The notes under the pieces: generated by a model | Told to the model about the DNA's origin: nothing | Seen by the model: only the letters and a program-made list of their open reading frames with translations | Database searches by the model: none | Shown here: positions 39,832 to 49,711 of the stretch, in pieces | Layout: each line of letters opens with the position of its first letter | How positions within the stretch are numbered: the first letter of the stretch is position 1 | Assembly: GCA_043228905.1 (NCBI GenBank) | Contig: JBHGNT010000008.1 | Span: forward strand, 12,896,001 to 12,960,000 | Reading direction: 5' to 3' | DNA length: 64,000 bases | From: Azolla caroliniana | Lineage: Eukaryota; Plantae; Polypodiophyta | Made by a program: the position numbers and the translations under genes

Positions 39832-41423
39832 CTCTCAAGGTAAGATCGACATGACTATCTAAAACCTTCTTTTCAAGGACCTTCCACAAGTTAGTAGTTT
39901 GTTCTATGTCCGACCTTAGCTTGTAAGTCTGCACCACTCGTTCTTTCCCTTTCTTCACCAATTCATCGACTTCCACCCGAGTAGGTTGGCTCGATCCACA
40001 GGTCTTCATACTTGTTTCTCCAACCTCTTTTCGTGGCGTAGGTTGGGCTTGCCCTTTTTTCCCCACATTCTTCGTGTTGGGATGCTTTGATGTGGCATCT
40101 TCATCACTAGTTCTTTTGCTCTTCTCTTCAACAAGAGCTTCATAGTTGTCGCACACAACCTCCGCAAAGCTTGTTTTATCATCGATTGGATCCGACCATT
40201 CGGTAACTCGCCACATATTCCGATCAGCAAGTTTTAGATCCTCCAAATCGATTTTGCCTTTTTTCTTGCACTCGAAGACCTTTGGCCAAAACCCAGCTAC
40301 TGGCTTGATCGTCTTTAGATTCTATCTTCCAACTTGTATCCCGGCCAATGCAGCATAGGGCATAGCTTCCACATTCCTTGCGTCTTCTTCTTCCACATCT
40401 TTTTCAGCCCGCCTCTTCCAAAGTTCATTCGTAGTGGCTTCCGGGTCTCACTTGAGTGGATCATGTTGTCGTCCAAATAACGATGTTCTTGCAAGTCAGT
40501 GCACTCCCTTCGTGAGTGCTCGAAGCTATTGCACCACACACATCTAAACGCTTCTTTCTCCTTGGGCCCGCGTCAACCTAAGTTGGCCAGTGATACCGCT
40601 TCAAACTTCTTGGAGAGCTCTTTGATTATAGATTCTTACATCGCTTCCTTGTCAAAATTATTGATCGGCTTGCTAGGCTCGATCGTCGCAGACGCCTTCC
40701 TCCACGATTGTGGATTCTCCACGTCAGTCTCCTCTAGCCATTGTCGACGCTTGTCAAGACAACTGCAAGCCTTCTTCACCACCGCCCAATCCGCTACCAA
40801 GCCATTTGGTTGCGTTTCATCCTCCAAAAAGATACCCAATTCTCGTCGGTCTTTCGTATCCACTGCCTTTTGGAACAACAGGATTTTATCTCCATCGAGA
40901 ACTCATTGATCAGCACTCGGAAGTCGGTTGTACTTCTGGTCGAATTCTGTATATACTCCCGACGCACACAGATTCTTCCCTTTCTTCTTGATCCAAATCA
41001 TTAGCGTATGCCGAGTCATCCTTGGCACATCTTCAAGCATGTATTCAGCAAGAAGTGCCTTCTCGAACTCTGCCCAAGTTGTATGCTCGTTTTGGATCTC
41101 CATGATGCGCTCGTGGATCCCTGGTTCCACCACACGCTTAAAGCTAGAAATTTGTTTAAGATTCTGGACATCCCTCTACTGCATCTCGTTCCGATAGGTA
41201 GTAAGGAAATCCGTGATGTTCCTGTCACCAAATCGTCCAGCTATCTCCACTGTTTGATCAACAACTTTGTCGATTAAAGCTTCCCGATCTCTCGCCTTCA
41301 GCATGTATTACACGACGGACACCATGCCTTTAGTCAATTCCTCTCCTTGAGTTCCACTTGTTGAAGCCATCGTTGCACTTTATATCCTCCTACTACCTTG
41401 TTTCACGTCGGGTTCACCAAAGA

Positions 41424-42320
41424 TGTCGTGAAAATACGACGAAGATACATGAACTTGAGGTAGGACCCCGGGGCCTCTAACTAGAGGATAACAAATTCGT
41501 GCGTTTGTATTAAAGAATTAACGGAAATGAGAAAGTTTAATAAATTTTATTAGCACAGGAAAAGAAAAATTACAATCTATCCCAAGATTGAGATTGTAGA
41601 AGTTTAGGTTTAAAGAGATTAATAGCTAAGAAAAATTAGGGCTTTTGAGAGATATGGCTTCCGTAAGGAAAATTAGGGGTTTTTGAGAGATATGGCTTCC
41701 ATAAGGAGAATTAGGGTTTATGCGAGAGATAGCTTCTGTAAGGAAAATTAGGGTTTATGTGAGAGATTGCTTCCATAAGGAAAATTAGGGTTTATGTGAG
41801 AGATAGCTTCCGTAAGGAAAATTAGGGTTTATGTGAGAGATAGCTTCCCAAAACTTAAAGAAAAGATTACCATAATAAATAATAATAATAATCTCCCCTT
41901 TACATTGTGCTTTCCACCCTTATATAGTGATGGGAGACTTAACACAAAGCAATCCATGCTTTTTCTAATATAGACTTCATGCTTTTTCTTTTAAAAATAG
42001 CGTTCATGCATTACCTTACTTTAGTTGCATGGCCTCTATTTTTAGTTGCATGCATTTGTATAGTTCGACCTATGCATGATCTGTACTGTCATCCCGCCTG
42101 ATCCGCGTGTCCCGACTGTTCCGATCGTCCCGTCCCGTCTGATCCGACCGTCCCGTACCGGACGTTCTGAACCGTCCTCCAAAATCATCCATCTATCCAA
42201 ACAATTCGATCCAAATCACCTAACTGTTGTGTGCTCCAAACACACACATATGAAGTAATAAGTTATGGGCCTGCTTATGTATTGTTGGATCCGATGTTCT
42301 ATCTATGTCGATATCTCACA
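41424..42320 (-). repeat. 5' LTR of Gypsy K
   Basis: TG...CA ends, 4 nt from the Trp PBS; TATA near 41920. Confidence 0.8.
41630..41850. repeat. 6 x 37-38-bp tandem repeat with telo-box-like TAGGGTTT, inside the K LTR
   Basis: GGAAAATTAGGGTTTATGTGAGAGATAGCTTCCGTAA-like units at ~41630, 41667, 41705, 41742, 41779 and 41816. Confidence 0.92.
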
Positions 42321-42517
42321 GTTTTGTTTTCCTCATCTTCTCAACTTTATACTCACATAACTTGATACATAGTTGTCCGTTTCATATGTAGTAAAATGCA
42401 TTCGCAAGCTCTTGAAGATCTCCATCTTTCCATATGAAGCCATTAAGCTAATCTAAAATAATTATTTCGGTATTTTTCATATCGTGTGTGAAGAACTACA
42501 CGACAACGACGTAACAT

Positions 42518-43272
42518 TTATTGGTGTTCAAAACGTTGCTCAAATAGGTGATTATCACATCGCACAACTCGACTAATTGCCTTTGTAAGAGACTTTGGAT
42601 CTTTGTGGAAAGTAAGAAGAAGATCTTTGATATTGTTACACCAACCTTGACGGAATTGATCCATTAAGGTTGCCTCATCCCAAGGGATGTCGCATGTCAA
42701 GAGATGGAAATCAACTATGTCAGCTGAAGTGGGACAATCTCCTTGTCAGAGTCTTCGAATCTTGTTTATTATCGTCCTAGTGCTATTAGTGTCTCCAAAA
42801 CTAGCTTGAAACTCCTTAAGAATGCCTCGAAATTCTCCAACAATGGTGATTTCTTCTCGAGAAGTGGTGCAAACCATGCTAACATTGTACCACTTAACAA
42901 TGTTCCTACTAATCCCACACGAGTAGCATTAGTTGGGTACTGATTGGGATGTAACTGAATCACAAAACTGACTTTATTCAGGAAACCCCGAAATAGAGAT
43001 CTTGTACAATCAAACTTGGTAGGGAGGCTAATCTTTGGTTCCCTTGGGGAGTTTTGAACCCCCGCCGCTTGTTCTCATAATGTTAATATAGTAGCCTCGA
43101 GTTGATGAACCTGTTGTGATAACTCCTCATATTGGTGAGCTTTCTTAGTACTCACATGTTGTAGATCTCCCATTAGCCATTGTTTTTCTTGTTGTAATAC
43201 CACAAACTTAGTCGCGAGCATGTAGAGCTCAAAAAGGACATGCATATATTCTTGCTTGCTAACAAACTCCAT
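42518..43272 (-). pseudogene. gag: Degenerate Tcn1-type (fungal-chromovirus-like) Gypsy gag
   Basis: EPKISLPTKFD, LHPNQYPT..RVGLVGTLLSG..LAWF and WDEATLMDQFRQG, the pattern of Ty3-type gag (PEG10/RTL-like). Confidence 0.75.
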
Positions 43273-43356
43273 AACTGAGAGAGAAAAAGAAAGAAGGAAA
43301 AAGAAGACAGCTTGCTAGGGTTATTGGAAGAGGAAAAAGAAATATTTGGTTCAAAC

Positions 43357-43372
43357 TGTCAGATCTCCTGAC

Positions 43373-43434
<62 letters not shown>

Positions 43435-43717
43435 GATTCTAACAGGAAATGGAAATGAGATTATATTATGAGAAAACAAGGTTAGAAAGAGTAGCCTATG
43501 GGCTAAAGACTTGTGTTGAACTGAATGAGTTGTGATGAATGTATGGACACCTATTTATAGGTCCTTATCGAGTATTCTAGAACGTTCTAGAATATTTTAG
43601 ATATTTATGATAATAAATATAATCATGAAATATTCAAGAATGTTCTCGAATATTCTAAATATTGTGTAATAACTAAAAATATAATTATTATAATTACACA
43701 TCATATATGTTATTACA
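43357..43717 (-). repeat. Putative 5' LTR of the Tcn1-type element, with a (GA)n tract at 43377-43430
   Basis: TGTAATA...CTGACA on the minus strand, TATAAATA near 43552-43559, upstream of gag. Confidence 0.6.
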
Positions 43718-44154
43718 ATGGTTAAAGGTTCAACACATACACCAAGAAGTTGTGGCTCGACTCTTGATAAGCCAAAATGTATGTCTTTATGACATAGACC
43801 ACAACAGAGGCACGACCAGGTGAGCATTCTATGACCAGGGAGCAGTTTGACGCGGATCTGATACACCAAGCCCAAGAGCACGAGCACGAAGAGTCGGGAA
43901 ACCGACAGGTTTACTAGGAGGATACACCTCCTGAACCCACCCAACAGGCCACTACAAAGGAAGGCGTGTGAGAAGAGCAACCCATAACTGCAGAGCCAGA
44001 TAATCGGGCCGAACTTTCAGCTGACTTCATAGCCAAAGCAAACTACTTGCACCAGGCGGCAAACATTTTGCCCATTTTGCAAGACTAATCTATATTAGAA
44101 TTTTTTGATTTTTTTTGGACCTTCGAGTTTTTCGATTTTTGTGTGGATTCGACA

Positions 44155-44520
44155 TGTAAAGCACTGTCCCGCGGGCGTGCTAGGTATTGCCCGGTGGGAC
44201 AAGTGTGAAACAAACCAAAGGAAGGCAAGCACTAACAACCGAATAAGGGAAGCCGAATATCAAGGAAGGAGCAAGTGGAAAGCGTCGAGCAGAATGAACC
44301 TATATATATCGGGGAGTAGTGAGCACAAAAGAGAGAGACCTAGAGGATTACGCTAGGATAGACTAATAGAGAGTGAGTGAGTGTTTACCGAATATACTCG
44401 GGACTTGTATCTATACCTGTATGCTACATTTAATTGAATATATAAATATATGCTTTGCGTTTAGCTTGTGTGTTCTGCATCCTCTCTATCTCGTTATACA
44501 CATACATCTATATAACGTTC
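44155..44520 (+). repeat. Possible solo LTR; boundaries uncertain
   Basis: LTR-like layout: purine-rich U3, TATATATA at 44301, pyrimidine-rich tail; no TSD confirmed. Confidence 0.3.
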
Positions 44521-44701
44521 GGTTTGAGTGAAGGATGTAAATACAGATTGATTGTAGCCGATCCTGCAATCTATACCTTCGTAATTTCCCAAATCATGAT
44601 CCTACCCCAAGTGGGATAGTCTAACTCACCATCACATGCGCCAACAAGTCACATTCCCTGTAACGACCTGATTGACGGTCTCAGTAGTACGTCGTGACCA
44701 C

Positions 44702-45442
44702 CATGGTTGTTTACGTACCCGTATTTAACGTTTAGATACTTATAGTACCTCATCATTTGTATAGTATGTACTATACCTCAATGGTGTTCAGTCAAATATC
44801 ATGTACATTTGTCCAATACGGTATTTAACGTATTTATAAAAAAACAGGTATAATACGTATTTATAAAGAAAATGTAAGTAAAACCCCAACAAAAAGCAAA
44901 AGAAAAAAAAGATTTTAGTGTAAAAGAAGCCAAAGGAAGGAAGAAAGAAGAATAGAAGAGACGACGATGAAGAAGAAGAGAGAAAGGAAGACATAAGCAT
45001 GTCTTAACTCTGTGTGTGATAATTTCAGAAGATAGAAGAAGAAGAAGAAGAAAACGAAGAAAAGAGAAACCTATCATGAGTGTGATAATTGTAGACGATT
45101 CCTCAATCTATGAAGGCATAATTGTAAATAATTACTATTTGAAGTAGAACATCATGATACACACTTACACTGATTTATAGAATAAGGGAATGTCGACATC
45201 CATATTACTACATAGACGTTTTTTACAATATTATAGATATTTTTTAGAAAGGTAAATAATTTTCAAATTCTAGAAGTATTTAACGTACTATATGTAAAAT
45301 ACATATTTTACGTATTTGATAAGTATTTAACATACTAAGAAAACGTATTTAACGTATTTTTAAACTGGGAGGTACTATACGGGTATTAATACGTTATATA
45401 CGTATGGTATCTGTATTGTACCTAACGTACCTAACAACCTTG
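44702..45442. mobile_element. Non-autonomous hAT-type element (MITE)
   Basis: 8-bp TSD GTGACCAC (44694-44701 and 45443-45450); TIRs CATGGTTGTT / AACAACCTTG; repeated CGTATTT subterminal motifs; AT-rich and non-coding. Confidence 0.88.
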
Positions 45443-45499
45443 GTGACCACAACTCTGCTTCGTGCCAGAATACCTTGGCCCGATTACCCAAAAGGGTAA

Positions 45500-46428
45500 T
45501 TGAAGGTGGTCTCCAGGAAGGAGTAACACTTGTAACAGAGAAAAAGCTTGAAGTCCGGAAGATAGATATTGAGGTGAATATCGCCAACAGCCTGACGAAG
45601 CAACTCCCAAAACAATGCTTTAGAGCACTAAGAGAGCAGATGAGAATACAACAAGAGATAGTGTAGCAAAGAGCTGAATGAACAGGAACAACTGGTAAGT
45701 CGAACACCAGCTTGGACAGACGAGTTGAAAAAGGTAAGTTTAAGGAACCAGAAATCCGAGAGGCTGAAGACGTAACTGAGTGTCAAGAAGCCTATTGGAG
45801 AGTACACAATCGAGGGACAAGCAGAGCCGAAGACCAATCGAGGATTAAGCGAGGAGCACACGGGCAAGAAGTCGATGGATGATTAGAGGCCGAAAGCTAG
45901 AATCAATCACGATTAGATCTGGACGGGTGCACCTATCCAAACACCATCCAATCCGAACTAACCGATCTAGCCGATTCCGAAAGCCTATCCAGAAGATATC
46001 AGATCCGAACTATTCGAACTTGGCCAGATTTAGACTTAGCCTCCCTATTCAGATAAAACGATTAACTTTTACTTATACAACTATAATTTAAATTCAAATT
46101 ATAATCTAGGCTTACAAGGGAGATAACCCCAATAAAAATTGTGTACCCATGTAGAGTAGTCGTTTTATGAGGGAGTTTGTTGGCATAAAAGGTCAACTCC
46201 ACCCATTTGTATCTCTAGTGTGAATATGTTACCAAGTTAGGGCTTGACTATATATAAGCCTAAGTATGTCATTGTAGAGAGAGAGAGAACTTTGGAGGGA
46301 ATAATCATAGTTAGCCATTTGAGCTCCAATTGTGGTACTATGCTTCTCATCTTCTTGCTTTGTTCTATCAAGCTAACAATGCATATTTCTCCAAGTTTAT
46401 TGTGTTGTTTGTTTGACATTAACCTACA
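45500..46428 (+). mobile_element. Old Copia remnant: RNase H end, 3' region and a short LTR at 46178-46428
   Basis: KLEVRKIDIEVNIANSLTKQL; PPT-like TGAGGGAG before TGTTGG; TATATAA near 46250. Confidence 0.55.
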
Positions 46429-46429
46429 G

Positions 46430-47438
46430 GTCCTCACATTCTTCTGTTGCAACAACTCATACTATTTCCATCATAATGAACCTTGAGCCTACAAACAAGA
46501 AGTAGATTCCCTCTAAGGAGCACCCACCCTCTTGACGAGAAGCTGACACAGATGCTATCTTCATCAAGTTGTCCCACTTGGATAAGCGGCCTTGTCAATT
46601 TTGGGACGTGTCGAACATTGTGAAGTATCAAAGTAGAGCCAACCGGCAGGTTGAGTTCTACTATGATGATTCCGACTATGGCACAATGCTAAGAGTTTCC
46701 AACTCAGTCCATGTCGAGCCGAGTATTGTTGAAATTGTGACCGGTGAGGGCTCACATGATATGATGCACCCGAATTGAGAAGCCAGCTAGTGGCTTCTTC
46801 GGTTGTATACAAAACTTCTAATTCAACTAAGTTCTCAATGAATAGAATGCTCGAATCGTCGGACAAAATTTCGGCCGAAGGGCCGACAGAGGAAGAAGCG
46901 TCAACGAAATTTTCTTCCTCCTTTCAATTGCACTTTTGTTGACGTTTTTGAGCTTTTTCATTTTTGTCCTTGAGGGCTTGAAATTCAGCTTTGATTTGTC
47001 CAGGTTTCTTGCAATAATTGCATATCCGGGTCCCTTAACTTACTTCGGCCTCTTGTATTACTTAGTTGTTGGGAAGAACTTCTTTGTCAACTGTTCAGTC
47101 TATCAACCGAACTTTGCAATATGAAAGCATCACTTGCTGACTCATGTGTGAATGTTTTTCTCCAAGTGCCTTCGAACAAGATGGAGCTCATTATCTCAAA
47201 GTATTATATGGTTGTAGCCGATGCATTGTAGACAATAGTTACAAAGGTTTCCCACGAAGGGGGGAGACTGCTCATCAACAGGAGAGCCTTGAACTCATCA
47301 TCAATTGTGATACCCTGCGTGGAAATTTGGTGATGCTTTCGTACTCATTGAGATTTACTTGGACCGAATCAGATTCTTTCATCTGAAGATTGTAAAGGCG
47401 CCGAATTAAATAGATCTTCATGGTGGACACCCTCTTTT
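46430..47438 (-). pseudogene. Highly degenerate Copia gag-protease fragment
   Basis: WLLNSGASYHV and LHNVRHVPKLTRPLIQVGQLDED. Confidence 0.7.
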
Positions 47439-48830
47439 TGTTGGGAACATAGGGTCAGAGAACTGACTTACTGGTCTATCTCAAGTTATTTAGTCGACAA
47501 GCAGGTATAACAAGAAGTTAAACAGAAAACGAGCTGACACAAAAGTTTTATGTGGAAACCCTAAATGGGGAAAAACCACGAGAGCCCACACGCTCCAAAC
47601 CAAATCATTATCAGAGTGTTTAGAAGAACACAAGGCCACAACCTTAGTAAGATCTTCGTCTCGGTAGACAGATATACATAGAGAACAAGGAGAAATAAAT
47701 CCGCGACAACACCTGATCTATGCAGAGTTGTCAACCTGTCAGGTCAGATTTGAGAGTCGGTTGTTACACAAGCTTGACCTCCATAGCACACCAATTTTCT
47801 TCTTCTCCTCCCTTCTATTGCTTGCTTCTTCCTTCTTCTGTATTCTACACACAAATAATCCTCATCATCGTCCGGAGATTTTACACACACACACACATAT
47901 AAATATGTATTTATATATTTGTTCCTAACTTATTGTCATGACCTTTAGTCGAATTGTCTCCCAACCAATCATGGCCAACTCTTAGTCGGCACATAGTTGA
48001 ACAACTGACTCTCAGCCGGACAGCCATCTCATAGCAGCTAGCTAGGTCTTTGTACTTAGTCTGCCCCTTTGTACTTGGCTAGCACATAGATGGCCCTTAG
48101 CCGAATCGGCTCTTCTCTAAAAAGAATGGAAACCTTATGACAACAAAATCCCCGTTCATTCCTATATGGGAAAGTCAACCATGCCTATCCTCAGTTGGCA
48201 AGCTTTAAGTTTGTCCATTCACAACACTTTCATCAGCATATTTGATCCACTATCATCCGCATGGATCTTTACAAGAGCAAATTCCTTTTCTTCTACCCTT
48301 AGTCATAACCAATGATATCTTCTCTGGATATCTTTGGTCTGAGAGTGATAGGTAGCATTCTTGACAAGGTGGATGACACTTTGATTATCATACTGAAGTA
48401 GGATTTGAACTTGCTTCATTCCTAGCTCGCCAATGAACTCCCTCATCCATATTTTTTCCTTTCCGGCTTCTACAACAATGTTCCTCTCCAAGATTGTTCA
48501 TGTAACGGTTGCAATGTACGGCCTGGTACACACCAGAGCATAAGGCTTCCTATGAATGAGGCATATGGAACCTTCCTCATCTCAACCTTATCCTTCTCGG
48601 TCTTCGTACATTGACTAACATTTAACTTACAATTTGTCGGCAAAGTTGAGCAGACTAAATTTGCATATTGGATGTTGAACCTTTGGAGCACCTTTGGAGC
48701 ACCTTTGTCCCTTACTTTTCCTATGACAACCATAAAATGTTCTTTGTCCTGTCCCGCACTATGTGCATCCCCAAGCAAGATATGCTTTGCTAGACCCAAT
48801 TTGTTCAATGCAATCTTTTAGACTTGCAAT
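47439..48830 (-). mobile_element. Old Tork-like Copia 3' end: RT/RNase H remnant (48165-48830), PPT and 3' LTR 47439-48145
   Basis: KVPYASFIGSLM and DNQSVIHLVKNATYHSQTKDIQRRYHWL; LTR has TG..CA ends and the CGTGG..GGGTTTCCACA motif. Confidence 0.8.
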
Positions 48831-49153
48831 CTTCGTTGTCCTGTTGTCATGGATGAGTATAACAGAGCAGAACCAAAACGAGACTAAATACTAAGAGAGG
48901 CAAGAGACAAGAGAAAGAGAACAAGAGCTAGTGTTGTTCACCTTGATTAGAATCCAAGTGCACATGAGTATTTATACAAGAAAGTGGAGGTATGCATGCA
49001 AGCTAGGAATATACTAGAGAATGCATGAGGATGCATGCAAGCTAGGAAACTTCTAGAGAATACGTGAAGATGCATTCTCTAGACGTTTCTAGAAAATTCT
49101 AGTGTTCAATCTACAATACATGAAGTAGAATTTTCCTTATATGACGACTCCTA

Positions 49154-49686
49154 CATGGATGTAGCTTAGTTGGTAAGGTTGCCCAATGGAGATCAGGAGG
49201 TCATGGGTTCAACCCTTAAATTTGACAATGGCATTTAGGTTTGTGACACCTTCAACACAAGCAGTTGGTGTTGAATGCACAAGGCCACTCTGTTTAGAGA
49301 GACCTGAAGACCACATCCCCTCATTTCCGGGGAGATTTGGATGTTGCTTGTAGGCTTCACCCTTCGGCATGTGTGGAAAGCACATTCCCTAAAGGTGTTT
49401 AGAGAGAGGCTTGAAAACCGCATCCCCTCGTTTCTTGGGAGATTTGGATGTAGGCTTCACCCTCTGGTATGTGTGGAAAGCACATTCCCTAAAGGTCTTC
49501 CAAGCTCTGGCATGCCCCCACAGGAATTGATCATGGATATTTGGTTCACGATTATCATCTGCCTACGAGGGCAGTTGGACAAGGTTTGCGGCCACTCCGA
49601 TGACGTAGTCATTGCTCGATTACGCTTTTGGTAGAAATGGAGGAACACACTGTCGTGGATTACTTGCTTCACGATATAAAAATAAA
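49154..49686 (+). mobile_element. tRNA-derived SINE-like element with an internal ~105-bp duplication
   Basis: A box TAGCTTAGTTGG at 49162 and B box GGTTCAACCC at 49206 (tRNA spacing); duplicated body 49289-49497; A-rich end near 49680; no TSD confirmed. Confidence 0.55.
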
Positions 49687-49711
49687 CTTGAATATTGTAT
49701 GAAGTAACATT

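Larger units (their letters stand above)
25810..42320 (-). mobile_element. Gypsy non-chromovirus K (tRNA-Trp PBS): 5' LTR, gag, protease and RT; interrupted by F and I; RNase H/INT missing after ~25810
   Basis: LTR 41424-42320; PBS 41402-41419; gag 41370-39832; protease ALIDHGSDINL ~33300; RT LPQGATNSV and PFLDD at 25810-26639 and 32080-32400; continuous across TSDs GGATG and CTCTC. Confidence 0.88.

Noticed and set aside
41630-41850. Interstitial telomere
   Set aside because: Single TTAGGGTTT motifs within a 37-38-bp unit, not contiguous TTTAGGG repeats
43718-44150. Possible host gene fragment (127-aa minus-strand ORF at 43597-43980)
   Set aside because: No recognisable domain or splice structure, and the ORF runs into an LTR; probably decayed TE sequence
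48845-49146. Solo LTR (TGTCAT...ATGACG)
   Set aside because: LTR-like composition but no matching TSD or partner in the window; not supportable
49154-49230. Functional tRNA gene
   Set aside because: Only the A/B boxes are retained; acceptor and anticodon stems do not pair; treated as a SINE head
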